This document shows positions 19,081-29,677 of a stretch of DNA of 64,000 nucleotides, piece after piece (the stretch's first letter is position 1; the number at the start of each line of letters is the position of its first letter). The notes beneath the pieces are model-generated. The model was given only the letters and a program-made list of their open reading frames with translations, was not told where the DNA came from and did no database searches. The stretch comes from Flavobacteriales bacterium (lineage in GTDB: Bacteria; Bacteroidota; Bacteroidia; Palsa-965), in assembly GCA_040377305.1 (NCBI GenBank), contig JBEIPA010000019.1, forward strand, positions 39,961-103,960. Direction: 5' to 3'. The translations under genes and the position numbers were made by a program.

Positions 19081-19907
19081 TTTTCAATCGGATTTCATTC
19101 TCACTTTCCCAACGAAAATTCTGGAAAGAAGTCCGGCGCAAACGCGAGGAATGGATATCTATAGCTGCTAAAAATGAAGCTGTAGTCATTTCCATTTCCG
19201 ACAAATCAAAGATCAGATTATCTGCGACAAGCGAATTGTCGTCGCACATCTATTGCGGTGCGTTTGAATGGGAAGAGCGTGAGTGGTTGTTGTCGGAACT
19301 TAAATCCGATGACGTTTTCTTTGACATTGGTGCAAACATTGGCTTGTTTACTTTGCTGGCTGGTGAAAGATGCCGGAAAGTTGTTGCGTTTGAACCGACA
19401 GACGAAACCTTTAGCATTTTGACCGGGAACGTCAAATTGAATAACTCGCCGGGGAATATTGAATTAATTCACGCAGCTGCATCTGACAAGAACGGCACTC
19501 AGGATATTTATGTTCTCACCAATGGTAAAGACGCGTGGAATTCAATGGCCGTGAAGCCGGAAGCCGGAGAATACCGGGTCGACAACATAAAAACGGTTAA
19601 TGTAGATGAGTTGATCGCATCCGGTTCCATTCCCACTCCGCGCGTTATTAAGATAGACGTTGAAGGATGGGAGCTGCATGTGCTCAAAGGGCTAGAGAAC
19701 ACAATTGCTCAGCACAAACCCGTAATGCTGATAGAATTTACAGAATCGAACCTGAAAGCTGCCGGAACATCTGCAGCTGAACTCGGCAAATATATTCTTT
19801 CAAAGAATTATGAGTTGTTTGCTTACGATCCGCGACACAAAAAACTAAATCGTGTTACGGATTTCAACTTCGAACACAAAAACCTGGTTGCAAAGCCTAA
19901 ACGATGA
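19077..19907 (+). CDS. FkbM family methyltransferase
   Basis: FFDIGANIG, VAFEP, IKIDVEGWELHVLKG. Confidence 0.92.
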   Translation: MIFNRISFSLSQRKFWKEVRRKREEWISIAAKNEAVVISISDKSKIRLSATSELSSHIYCGAFEWEEREWLLSELKSDDVFFDIGANIGLFTLLAGERCRKVVAFEPTDETFSILTGNVKLNNSPGNIELIHAAASDKNGTQDIYVLTNGKDAWNSMAVKPEAGEYRVDNIKTVNVDELIASGSIPTPRVIKIDVEGWELHVLKGLENTIAQHKPVMLIEFTESNLKAAGTSAAELGKYILSKNYELFAYDPRHKKLNRVTDFNFEHKNLVAKPKR

Positions 19908-20791
19908 GCCAACTACCTGTAATCAGCATCGTAGTGCCTTCGTATAATCAAGGCAAGTTCATTGGAGAAACACTTTCTTCGCTGATCAATCAGGATTATT
20001 CCAATCTTGAGCTCATTGTAATTGACGGTGGCAGCAATGACAATTCAGCAGAAGTAATTCGCTCGTTTGAAAAACACATCAAGCATTGGGTAAGCGAAAA
20101 AGATCGCGGGCAAACACATGCTATCAACAAAGGATTGGAACACGTGACAGGTGAGCTATTCAACTGGCTGAATAGTGATGACGTTTTGGAGCCCGGCGCG
20201 CTTCACATGCTTGCGAAGTTAGCGCGTGAAAATCCAGAGAAGAATTTGTTTATCGGACGCTCACGATTTTTCGACGCAGGTGGTACACGCAGAAATTCTG
20301 ACTCCATCGTATTCAGTAAACCCGAGATGACTTTGGGTTATGGGCTGGTCAACCAACCGGGAATGTTTTACAGAACCCACACGCTTCGTGAGTTCCTGCC
20401 GTTGAATGAATCACTCAATTTTTGCATGGATCTTGATTTGTGGATTCGTTATTTAAGTACATACGGACAGCAAAATCTTATCGAGACAGAATTCTGTATT
20501 GCAGGCTTTCGCTTTCACAAAGAATCAAAGACTGAAAGTGCAGTCAACCCTTTTCGAAGTGAGCGGGATCAATTGTACGAACAACTGTATTCTCACCCCA
20601 CTAAAGAATGGGTTTTAGCGAGCAAAGCGTACTATCACTTGTGGAAATCCGATGAACTTCTGCTCGAAGGTCGTGCTGATGATTCTGCAGCTGAACTAAG
20701 CAAAGTAAAACTGGCCGCACTTTCATTTGCAGGAATGAGAAGATATCTTGGACTTAAACGACGTCACACATTCGGAAAAAGCGCGCAATAA
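19904..20791 (+). CDS. Glycosyltransferase family 2
   Basis: ISIVVPSYNQ, IDGGSND, SEKDRGQTHAINKG, WLNSDD. Confidence 0.93.
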   Translation: MSQLPVISIVVPSYNQGKFIGETLSSLINQDYSNLELIVIDGGSNDNSAEVIRSFEKHIKHWVSEKDRGQTHAINKGLEHVTGELFNWLNSDDVLEPGALHMLAKLARENPEKNLFIGRSRFFDAGGTRRNSDSIVFSKPEMTLGYGLVNQPGMFYRTHTLREFLPLNESLNFCMDLDLWIRYLSTYGQQNLIETEFCIAGFRFHKESKTESAVNPFRSERDQLYEQLYSHPTKEWVLASKAYYHLWKSDELLLEGRADDSAAELSKVKLAALSFAGMRRYLGLKRRHTFGKSAQ

Positions 20792-21601
20792 ATGCCAACG
20801 AACCAACATACCGCTTTACTGATATTGTCGTGTGATAAATACGCCGATATCTGGCAGCCTTTTTTTGATTTTCTCCATAAACACTGGAGCGACTGTCCGT
20901 ATCCGGTTTATCTCGGCACCAACGAAATTATATTTCATGATGATCGTGTAAAAACGGTTTGTGCTGGTCCGCCACGCGATTGGTCAAACGACACACTCGA
21001 AATTCTTAAACAAATTCCGGAAGAAAATATTATTATACTCCTCGAAGACTATTTCGTCTATGCGCATCCGGATCAAAACCTTCTGAGTCGCTCTGTGGAA
21101 TTGTTGGAGAAGAGAAACGCAACTTTCCTCCGTCTTGCCTGCTTTCCTTCCGATCACTTCGAAGATTATGCATACGACGTTATTCCCAGTGATCCCGAAT
21201 TCGTGGAAACGAGAAAGGATGCGAGATATCGTGTGAATCTTCAGGCCGGACTTTGGAATAAATCTAAGCTTATGGAATTAATCGTTCCCGGGGAATCTCC
21301 CTGGGCTTTTGAAACCGAAGGCACCAAACGTTCACGCAACACAACAGATAGTTATTTAGGTGTTCATGAAACTAAAGGCTTGCGTCATGTTCATGGTCCT
21401 ATCCCCTATTTGTGTACGGCATTGTCGCGCGGAGTTTGGATGCGCGATGCAATTGAATTGTGCGAGGAACATGGAGTAATCCTCGACACTGGTGCACGAC
21501 CGATTGAAAGTTCAGCAGAATACCGCACACGGAAAATGTATCACAGTATGCCTTACGGATTCAGAAAGTATTGGGATTATGTTGCATCGAAACTAAAATA
21601 A
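20792..21601 (+). CDS. Hypothetical protein, probable GT-A-like glycosyltransferase
   Basis: LSCDKY...W, LLEDYF, QAGLWNK, SPWAFE pattern; position inside the glycan operon. Confidence 0.55.
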   Translation: MPTNQHTALLILSCDKYADIWQPFFDFLHKHWSDCPYPVYLGTNEIIFHDDRVKTVCAGPPRDWSNDTLEILKQIPEENIIILLEDYFVYAHPDQNLLSRSVELLEKRNATFLRLACFPSDHFEDYAYDVIPSDPEFVETRKDARYRVNLQAGLWNKSKLMELIVPGESPWAFETEGTKRSRNTTDSYLGVHETKGLRHVHGPIPYLCTALSRGVWMRDAIELCEEHGVILDTGARPIESSAEYRTRKMYHSMPYGFRKYWDYVASKLK

Positions 21602-21607
21602 CGCGAA

Positions 21608-22342
21608 GTGTTCAGTAGAGAATTCCGACATAAATTAAGGCTGCATCTGAAAGACACCACTTTCACGCATCACTATGAGCATCTGATGCGTGTAGTGCGT
21701 TTCGGTAAAAAAATGAACGCGTTCACAGGCAAAATTACCATTGCCGATGTAGGTGCTTACGATGGTCTAACCGCGGCTTTTTTCCATTCCGTTTTCCCGG
21801 AGGCAACAATACATGCGTTCGAACCGAATCCGCAGGCGTATGCATTGCTGGAGGCAAACACAAAACACATTCCTTCCATCAGGTTATACACCGAAGCGCT
21901 TTCAGATGTGAAAGGAGCAGCGCCGTTATATGTAACACTTAACGGAGTTTCGTCTTCGATCAATCCAATCAATAGCGAACAATTGGAGTCAAGTGGCGGG
22001 TTACAAAATCAACTCAAAGTCGAGAAGACGGTAGACATTCATTTAGTTGATCTCGATTCTCTAAACATAGGTCCGATTACCATTTTGAAACTCGACACTC
22101 AAGGAAATGAAGTCCGTGTAATCAACGGTGCTAAGAACACGCTGAAGAACACCAAATTTATCGTGACTGAAATGTCTGTACATAAAATGTACGACAATGG
22201 TTGCAGCTACTTTGAAACCGACGCCGCGCTGCGAGCCTGTGGATTTACTCCGATTGACTTTATTGTTCCATCCCGGAAAGATGGTGTCCAAATGATGGAG
22301 TTCGACGCAATTTACATGAACACTTCACTGGTATCAGTATAA
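21608..22342 (+). CDS. FkbM family methyltransferase
   Basis: DVGAYDG, HAFEPNP, LKLDTQGNEVRVINGA. Confidence 0.9.
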   Translation: MFSREFRHKLRLHLKDTTFTHHYEHLMRVVRFGKKMNAFTGKITIADVGAYDGLTAAFFHSVFPEATIHAFEPNPQAYALLEANTKHIPSIRLYTEALSDVKGAAPLYVTLNGVSSSINPINSEQLESSGGLQNQLKVEKTVDIHLVDLDSLNIGPITILKLDTQGNEVRVINGAKNTLKNTKFIVTEMSVHKMYDNGCSYFETDAALRACGFTPIDFIVPSRKDGVQMMEFDAIYMNTSLVSV

Positions 22343-22344
22343 CC

Positions 22345-23217
22345 ATGAAAATATCTGTTTTCATACCAACATTCAACGGACAAGCAAAGCTTAAGCAATT
22401 GCTTTCCCGGCTGGAGTTGCAATCTGATGACAGTTTTGTTGTTCATGTTTTGATTGATGGTAGTACTGATGATACGTATTTGCTGAAAGACATCTTTCCA
22501 AAGGTTCATTTTCATTCGTTCCCTAATGCCGGTCGTGCCGGAATCAGAAATCGCGCTTCTGAGTTCTGTAAAGACGGAATCATATTGTTTCTGGATGACG
22601 ATATGTTACCTGAACCCAATCTGGTAGCGACTCACCGGGCATTTCATGAATCAAACAGCAATTCCATTCTGATTGGGAATGGATTCCGAAATCCCGAAGG
22701 CAAACGTGATGTATTCTCTGCTTACCTCATTACAATGGAAGAAACGTGGATAAAATCGCATCCGACTTCGTTTCAGGTAACGGAAGATGATTTTGTTTTC
22801 ACGGCATGCAACTTATCCTTACCACTCGATTTGTTTGTGAGGATGAACAGATTCAATCCACTGCTTAAAGACGGAGAAGACTTCGATTTCGGTATGCGTG
22901 CGCTCGAATCTAAGATCAACATCGTCTTCAACCGAAGTGCGTTAGCGTGGCATAACGATTGGCCAACGCTTTCACAATATATCCGCAGAAATTCAGAATA
23001 CCTTGCCGGAAAGAAAGCTTTGGTGCAAATGAAACCGGAATACGAAAAGCAACTGAGAGTGGCCGCCGGTGAAAGATCGCACAACCAATTCAAGCAATTT
23101 TTTCAGCGAATACTTGGCAACATGGCACTAAGAAACTCTTTTGTCTTTCAGCTATTGCCGCTGCCATTAAAATTCATTGCCATTAAAAGTGCAATCTATA
23201 AATTCACCACTGCGTGA
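22345..23217 (+). CDS. Glycosyltransferase family 2
   Basis: ISVFIPTFN, IDGSTDDT, ILFLDDDM, GEDFDFGMR. Confidence 0.92.
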   Translation: MKISVFIPTFNGQAKLKQLLSRLELQSDDSFVVHVLIDGSTDDTYLLKDIFPKVHFHSFPNAGRAGIRNRASEFCKDGIILFLDDDMLPEPNLVATHRAFHESNSNSILIGNGFRNPEGKRDVFSAYLITMEETWIKSHPTSFQVTEDDFVFTACNLSLPLDLFVRMNRFNPLLKDGEDFDFGMRALESKINIVFNRSALAWHNDWPTLSQYIRRNSEYLAGKKALVQMKPEYEKQLRVAAGERSHNQFKQFFQRILGNMALRNSFVFQLLPLPLKFIAIKSAIYKFTTA

Positions 23218-24347
23218 GTTTAACTTCGAAAAAACATATCGTCTGGGTGCTTTCTAATGCATCTTCTGCACCTTACTTCAATTGGTTTGCAGAAGTAGCG
23301 GCACAACGCAAAGACTTCGATATGTCGTTTGTCTGTATGTACCATGAAGAGCCGAAAATGATTCGCGAAATGGAGCGATTCGGTTTCAAATGTCATTGGA
23401 TCAAATACGATTGGCACAGACGTAAGACCGGATTAATCTCAGCGTATTTCAAATTGAAGAGATTGTTTCGTGAAATAAAACCGGACGTGGTACACGCACA
23501 CTTGTTTGATGATGCTCTCGCTGCAATTACAGCCGCTAAAGCTTCCGGTGTGCCCATGCGAATTGCAACGAAAGGTGATGCGTCCTATCACTTCTTCCAC
23601 AATCCGCAATACATTCGATTTGACAAGCTGATCAACCAAAAATCGACAACTGTCATTGCCCTCTCTAATGAGAGCCGTGAGTTCATTATTGCGAAAGAAG
23701 GTGCCGAGTCTGATAAAGTGAAGTTAGTACATCATGGATTAAACATTGCTGATGTTTCGACACAAGACAAAAGTGCAATGGAATCGTTCAGAAAACTATG
23801 GAATCTCGAAGGGAAAACGGTTATCGGAACTGTTTCCCGATTCATTCCCTGGAAAGGCTACCTGGACATTTTGCAAGTGGTTCAAAAAGTAAGTGCCGCA
23901 AATTCCAATGTGCGCTTTCTATTCTGCGGAACTGGTGAACAGGAAAGTGCAATCCGGCAAAAAGTTCACGATATGAACTTAAGTGACTTCATTGTCTTTA
24001 CAGGAACAATCGCTCCCGGCAATATGGCTTCGCTGTATGGTACAATGAATGTATTTTTGCACGCAGCACATTTCGAACCGTTTGGGCTGGTCATTGCAGA
24101 AGCAATGCTCAATGGGATTCCAGTGGTTTCTACACGAACCGGCGCCGCTGCAGATGCCGTTATTTCAGGTGAACATGGCTACCTTTGCGAGTACGGGAAC
24201 ACGAACGCACTTGCAGAATCGATTCTGAAATTAACGGACATTGATGTTGCGCGTACCATGGGCCAGAAATGCATTGCACGCGCAAGGCAATTATTCGCCA
24301 TTGAAATCGGATATCAAAATCAACTGAACATTTATCAGAAGGTCTGA
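23214..24347 (+). CDS. Glycosyltransferase family 4
   Basis: PDVVHAH, GTVSRFIPWKG, EPFGLVIAEAM (E-x7-E). Confidence 0.93.
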   Translation: MSLTSKKHIVWVLSNASSAPYFNWFAEVAAQRKDFDMSFVCMYHEEPKMIREMERFGFKCHWIKYDWHRRKTGLISAYFKLKRLFREIKPDVVHAHLFDDALAAITAAKASGVPMRIATKGDASYHFFHNPQYIRFDKLINQKSTTVIALSNESREFIIAKEGAESDKVKLVHHGLNIADVSTQDKSAMESFRKLWNLEGKTVIGTVSRFIPWKGYLDILQVVQKVSAANSNVRFLFCGTGEQESAIRQKVHDMNLSDFIVFTGTIAPGNMASLYGTMNVFLHAAHFEPFGLVIAEAMLNGIPVVSTRTGAAADAVISGEHGYLCEYGNTNALAESILKLTDIDVARTMGQKCIARARQLFAIEIGYQNQLNIYQKV

Positions 24348-24360
24348 AAACGTTAATTCT

Positions 24361-25221
24361 ATGCCGCAAGTTTCTGTCATAATTCCCGCTTACAACGCCG
24401 GAAAGTATCTTGCAGAAACGGTGCAGTCTGTCCTCGCGCAAACGTACACTGACTTCGAAATAATTATTTGCGATGACGGCTCCACCGATAATACGGCTGC
24501 CCTTGCAAAATCATTTTCGGACTCTCGCATCAAATACACCTACCAAAAAAACTCCGGGGTTTCTGTAGCGCGCAATAATGGCGCAGAGAGTTCTACTGGA
24601 AAATATCTTGCGTTTTTAGATGCTGATGATTTGTTTCACAGTGACAACCTCTCCAGGAAAGTGAACTTTCTGGAAAGGAATCCGGGAGCTTCACTCGCGT
24701 TTGGCGATTGCGAAGTGATTGACGGAAATGGTAAAGCGACCGGGGAAATTCTCATCGGAAAAGATGAAAACGTGCTGGAAGATTTGCTTCTGTGGAATGG
24801 AACCGTCATACCAGGACCAAGCAGCGTTCTGGTAACGCGTGAGGCATTTGAAAAATCAGGAGGATTTGATCCTGCTTTTTCAACAGCAGCGGATCAGAAT
24901 TTCTTCTTTCGTGTTGCGCACAAATTTCGATGCGTGAGAATTCCCGAAGTGCTCACATCCTATCGCAAGCATGGTAGCAATATGCACATGAACATTCAGG
25001 TCATGGAGCGCGACCATATCGGCGTTTATAAGAAAGCAGCGAAAGCCGGCATGTTCAAATCAGAATCGTTCCAGAACAAATGTTTTGGTAACTTATATCT
25101 GATTCTCGCCGGCAGCTGGTGGGTGAATGGTAAAAATAAAGCGCGTGGATTTAAGTTCATGCGAAAAGCTGTTGCGAATAATCCGGCACTTGTTTTCAAA
25201 CTATTCCGCAAACTGGTATGA
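24361..25221 (+). CDS. Glycosyltransferase family 2
   Basis: VSVIIPAYN, DDGSTDNT, GVSVARNNG, AFLDADD. Confidence 0.95.
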   Translation: MPQVSVIIPAYNAGKYLAETVQSVLAQTYTDFEIIICDDGSTDNTAALAKSFSDSRIKYTYQKNSGVSVARNNGAESSTGKYLAFLDADDLFHSDNLSRKVNFLERNPGASLAFGDCEVIDGNGKATGEILIGKDENVLEDLLLWNGTVIPGPSSVLVTREAFEKSGGFDPAFSTAADQNFFFRVAHKFRCVRIPEVLTSYRKHGSNMHMNIQVMERDHIGVYKKAAKAGMFKSESFQNKCFGNLYLILAGSWWVNGKNKARGFKFMRKAVANNPALVFKLFRKLV

Positions 25222-26411
25222 ATGTTCTTGTGATCACATACTGGAAGTTTGAAGATGCTTTGATTCAAACGTACACGCTCCCCTATTTGCGAATCATACG
25301 CGACTTGCTACCGGAAGGAAGTGAAATTACACTGGTAACCCTGGAACCTGAAGGGGAAATCAAAACTTTCATTCCCGTTGAAGAAGGTATTGCACGTTAT
25401 TCCTTCCGATATATTCCGTTTGGTATACGCGCGGCACTGGCATGGAACAACAACTTTCGTCATCTCAGAAAAATTGTGCGAAAGAAACAAATTAAAGTAG
25501 TTCATACGTTCTGCACGCCCGCCGGTTGGCCCGGAAATGCAATTGCGAGGCAGATGCGGATTCCACTTATTATCGACAGCTTTGAACCACACGCACAACC
25601 CATGGTGGAAACCGGAACGTGGAAGGCGAACGGAATCGCATATCGAACATTGTTTGGAATTGAGAAGAAGCAAGTTCGTGTTGCGAAATGGGTAATTGGT
25701 GTGGTACCGGAGATGCGTGAATATGCAGCAAAGTATTACGGCCATTATCCGGAGAATTTTTTGGTGAAACCGGCTTGTATAGATTTTTCCCAGTTCAATC
25801 TCTCCAAACGAAATAATGCTGACTTACGCACAAAGTTGGGATTGAATGATTCAATCATTTGTGTTTATGCAGGAAAGTTCGGCGGACTCTATATGCAGCG
25901 GGAAGCATTCCGTTTCTTCCGTGTAGCGCGTGAAGTATTCGGAGAGAAATTCAGAATACTACTGCTCACGTCAACTCCGCAAGAAGAAATAAACACGTAT
26001 TGCGACGAAGCACACCTTGAGCGCACGACGGTTGTTTCAACCTTCGTGCCTCATACCGAAGTTCCCGACTATATGGGAGTCGCCGACTTTGCATTCTCCG
26101 CTTTCAAGCCGGTACCAAGCCGTCGCTATTGTACGCCCATCAAGAACGGAGAATATTGGGCAATGGGATTACCTGTCGTCATTGGAGAAGGAATCTCGGT
26201 CGACAGCGACATAATCCGCAACAACAACGCCGGTTATGTGCTCGATTCATTACGCGATGATGAATTCAGAAAAGCATCCCAGCACATAAAACAGCTTTTC
26301 GCTACCGAGGATCGTGAGATTCTTGCACAGCGTATTCACCAACTTGCGCAAAAGCATCGTAATTTCGGCATCGCAGAAGAAGTTTACCGAACGGTTTACA
26401 GCAATCTATGA
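25218..26411 (+). CDS. Glycosyltransferase (GT-B, GT4-like)
   Basis: VYAGKFGG, VPHTEVPDYMGVAD, TPIKNGEYWAMGLPVV. Confidence 0.85.
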   Translation: MNVLVITYWKFEDALIQTYTLPYLRIIRDLLPEGSEITLVTLEPEGEIKTFIPVEEGIARYSFRYIPFGIRAALAWNNNFRHLRKIVRKKQIKVVHTFCTPAGWPGNAIARQMRIPLIIDSFEPHAQPMVETGTWKANGIAYRTLFGIEKKQVRVAKWVIGVVPEMREYAAKYYGHYPENFLVKPACIDFSQFNLSKRNNADLRTKLGLNDSIICVYAGKFGGLYMQREAFRFFRVAREVFGEKFRILLLTSTPQEEINTYCDEAHLERTTVVSTFVPHTEVPDYMGVADFAFSAFKPVPSRRYCTPIKNGEYWAMGLPVVIGEGISVDSDIIRNNNAGYVLDSLRDDEFRKASQHIKQLFATEDREILAQRIHQLAQKHRNFGIAEEVYRTVYSNL

Positions 26412-27445
26412 GCAGAGAAACAATTTTAGTTACAGGTGGAGCAGGTTACATTGGATCGCATACGATCGTTGCGCTCCTGGACCTAACGGATTTCAATGTT
26501 GTTTCTGCAGATAACTACTCCAATTCAAGCGCACACACGTACGACCGTATTGAACAAGTTACGGGTAAGCGGATTGCATTTATCGAAGCAGATGTTGCTG
26601 TAAAAGAAGAAACCGAAAAGATTTTCGAAAAGTTTCCGGAGATCACAGGCGTAATTCATTTTGCGGCATACAAATCCGTTCCGGAATCAGTTGCTCAACC
26701 GGAAATGTATTTTCGCAACAATCTCGACTCGCTGAAGCATGTTATTGAAACCGGAATCAGGCATAAACTGAAGAATGTTATTTTTTCTTCGTCATGCGCT
26801 GTGTACGGAAATATTGATCAGCTGCCCGTAACTGAAAATACTCCATTCTCAAAAGCAGAATCGCCTTATGCTGAAACAAAAGTAAAAGGCGAAGAAATGA
26901 TGAAATCCTACTTTGGTTCTTCGAAGAATTCGAAAGGCATTTCTCTTCGGTATTTTAATCCGGTTGGTGCGCACGAAACGGGCTTACTTGGTGAATTGCC
27001 AAATCTTCGACCGAACAATTTAGTGCCGGTAATTACGCAAACTGCTATCGGAAAAATTGCTTCCATGAGTGTATTCGGTAGCGATTATCCTACGCGGGAT
27101 GGCACCTGCGTGCGAGATTACATTCACGTCTGTGATATCGCAGAAGCCCATGTACTTGCCATGAAACGATTGATTGATGATGAGTCTGCTCCATCGTACG
27201 ATGTATTCAACCTGGGCAGCGGAAATGGCGTTACTGTACTGGAAGCCATTAATGCTTTTGAAAAAATAAGCGGCAGAAAACTATATTATCAGCTTGTTGA
27301 TCGTCGCGCCGGAGATGTAACTGCAATTTATTCTGACTCTGCAAAAGCGAATACGCAGCTACACTGGATTCCGAAAAGATCTCTGGAGGAAATGATGGCG
27401 TCTGCTTGGAAGTGGGAGCAACATCTGGCTTCAGCAAAAAAATAA
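26408..27445 (+). CDS. galE: UDP-glucose 4-epimerase
   Basis: GGAGYIGSH, HFAAYKSVPESV, YAETK, LRYFNPVGAH, DGTCVRDYIHV. Confidence 0.96.
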   Translation: MSRETILVTGGAGYIGSHTIVALLDLTDFNVVSADNYSNSSAHTYDRIEQVTGKRIAFIEADVAVKEETEKIFEKFPEITGVIHFAAYKSVPESVAQPEMYFRNNLDSLKHVIETGIRHKLKNVIFSSSCAVYGNIDQLPVTENTPFSKAESPYAETKVKGEEMMKSYFGSSKNSKGISLRYFNPVGAHETGLLGELPNLRPNNLVPVITQTAIGKIASMSVFGSDYPTRDGTCVRDYIHVCDIAEAHVLAMKRLIDDESAPSYDVFNLGSGNGVTVLEAINAFEKISGRKLYYQLVDRRAGDVTAIYSDSAKANTQLHWIPKRSLEEMMASAWKWEQHLASAKK

Positions 27446-27448
27446 TCC

Positions 27449-28300
27449 ATGTATCCGACTCATTCACATTGTACACTCTGTGCCTCTGCAGATATTGGTG
27501 TGCTGAACAGTGAATTTCGCCATGCATACCTCGTTCAATGTCACAACTGCGGTCTCGTATTCGGGGAACGGATTCCGACAACACAAGAACTGATTGATCA
27601 CTACGCGAAATATCCACGTAATACATCTATTTCTCCCATCACGATTAAGCGATACGAAGAACTGCTTGATCAGTTTGAACCGTATCGGCGTACCAACAAA
27701 CTTCTCGATATCGGTTGCGGCGACGGTCATTTTCTCGAAGTGGCAAAGCTGAAAGGGTGGAACGTTTTTGGAACTGAATACACCGCGGAGGCCTGTAATC
27801 CGGCACGTGTAAAAGGAATTGTGATGCACGAAGGATTGATTCAATCATACACTTCCGAAAACGATTTTGATGTAATCACTTCCTTTGAAGTGTTGGAGCA
27901 TATTACTGACATCACTGAACATACTGTTGCCATTCAACATTTGTTGCGAAGAGGTGGATTGTTCTATTTCACCACACCGAATTTTAATTCCTTCAGCCGC
28001 AAATGGCTGGGTGGAAAATGGAAGATCATAGAATACCCGGAGCATCTCACCTACTTCACTACCGATAGCTCGGAAAAGTTGCTCGTTCAGGCCGGATTAC
28101 AGAAGCTCAACATCATCAGTACAGGAATCACGCTCCGTCAATTTCCGAACGAGGACAAACACTACGCTGCAACGGAAGAACAGTTCAGAAGCTCAATTGA
28201 GTCAAGCGGTGGTTTGCGGTTCGCCAAGCGCTTCGTTAACTTCTTGCTAACTCAATTGAAGCTGGGTGATTCCCTGAAAGGTTATTTCGTGAAGCCTTGA
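27449..28300 (+). CDS. Class I SAM-dependent methyltransferase with N-terminal CxxC...CxxC
   Basis: CTLC/CHNC, LLDIGCGDG, FDVITSFEVLEH, TTPN, PEHLTYF. Confidence 0.9.
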   Translation: MYPTHSHCTLCASADIGVLNSEFRHAYLVQCHNCGLVFGERIPTTQELIDHYAKYPRNTSISPITIKRYEELLDQFEPYRRTNKLLDIGCGDGHFLEVAKLKGWNVFGTEYTAEACNPARVKGIVMHEGLIQSYTSENDFDVITSFEVLEHITDITEHTVAIQHLLRRGGLFYFTTPNFNSFSRKWLGGKWKIIEYPEHLTYFTTDSSEKLLVQAGLQKLNIISTGITLRQFPNEDKHYAATEEQFRSSIESSGGLRFAKRFVNFLLTQLKLGDSLKGYFVKP

Positions 28301-29675
28301 CCTGCGGCCGCCGTACGCTTGCTCCTTGTCCCAGATAATGATGCAGTATAAGTATGAGTGCGATATAGCACGACATGAACGGAATCTTGAATCGCACCAA
28401 TGCTCCGAAATTGGACGTAGAAAGTCCAACCATCACAGAAAAGAACAGCGTGTAAAACAATAGGAATGTGAGTATCGGGTAATCTGAAAGCACTCTGAAA
28501 AATCGGCGTGGACTAAAGATGATCTTCCACAGCAGGAAGACTACCAACAGCAAATAACATAAATTTTCCAGGCCGGAAGCTAACATTACCAGATTGCGAA
28601 CCTCCCAAATGTATGGACGGAATAAGCCAACGGCCATAGCAGCCGGAACTTTTGCAATCATTCCAGTAACCGTAGGTTCGAAATCTCCAATGTCAAACGA
28701 ACTTCCCTGGTAGTAATCTTGTTTCAGATCCTTCTGTGTGATCGACGCTGTTTCAAGCATTTTACTCACTGCGAATTTACCCATGGAATCTCCGAGTAAG
28801 GAAAGCGCCATAAATCCTCCCCCAATGGAAAGAGCTAGTACAATAGGCATGAATGCAACACGAATGAATTTTGATCGGATCGTTTTCATTTTTACTGTGC
28901 CAATCCAGATAATTGCTCCAGGCAACAAAGAATAGAGAATGTATGGCTTGATCGAAAGCAAAATGTAAAGACTGATTAGCGTTCCAATTATTGCCCACCT
29001 CGATTTTTTTGGAGCAATGAATGCAGCGTCCAGCGAGACGATAAACCAGCACACGGCCGAGAATGTAATCGTGTCTTTGAGAATTCCGGAGCCCCAAAAC
29101 AAAACAGAAGGAACAAACAAGATGGCTATTGCAATCCTCTTTTCTAAACCGGGAAAATAACGACAGAGCATCATGAAAAACTTCCACGCGCCGAAGAAAG
29201 AAATGTAAGACAACAGTACGCTGGTAACCAGATAACTCTTGAAAGCAATCATCTCCAATGGCAGGATTAACTTTGCAACGTAAAAAGTCTGTGAATCATA
29301 ATACATATACGGCCATGGATATCCTGTCTCCTGATCGAATGTCATGAAGCCGGTGAGTGAAGGCTTGCTTGTCATAACCTCCACGCACGCCGACAAATTT
29401 TTCATGGAAAGGTTCACGAGACTTCGCGCAGTTTCATAATAAGAAACCGTATCGCCACCTTGATAATAGTAAATGTAAATAATACAGAATACGATGGAGC
29501 TCATCACTTTCACCGAAACACCCCAGAAGAAAAAACGATAAATCGGGTTTTGTTTTTGTTTGATAACCTGTCGCGAAAAAGTTAATCCGAAAATGAGAAT
29601 GCAATAAATCCCTAACATCACCCATTCGAATGGATAGATCTGGCGGATGTAGGAAAAATTCTCGAGTTCAAACAT
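28236..29675 (-). CDS. Polytopic membrane protein, GT-C/Wzy-like glycan polymerase or ligase candidate
   Basis: About 11-12 TM; GGDTVSYY, PSVLFWGSGILKD, IKPY, LFRPYIWE, NFGALVRFK; converges on the glycan operon. Confidence 0.65.
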   Translation of the reverse strand: MFELENFSYIRQIYPFEWVMLGIYCILIFGLTFSRQVIKQKQNPIYRFFFWGVSVKVMSSIVFCIIYIYYYQGGDTVSYYETARSLVNLSMKNLSACVEVMTSKPSLTGFMTFDQETGYPWPYMYYDSQTFYVAKLILPLEMIAFKSYLVTSVLLSYISFFGAWKFFMMLCRYFPGLEKRIAIAILFVPSVLFWGSGILKDTITFSAVCWFIVSLDAAFIAPKKSRWAIIGTLISLYILLSIKPYILYSLLPGAIIWIGTVKMKTIRSKFIRVAFMPIVLALSIGGGFMALSLLGDSMGKFAVSKMLETASITQKDLKQDYYQGSSFDIGDFEPTVTGMIAKVPAAMAVGLFRPYIWEVRNLVMLASGLENLCYLLLVVFLLWKIIFSPRRFFRVLSDYPILTFLLFYTLFFSVMVGLSTSNFGALVRFKIPFMSCYIALILILHHYLGQGASVRRPQVKASRNNLSGNHPASIELARS

Positions 29676-29677
29676 TT

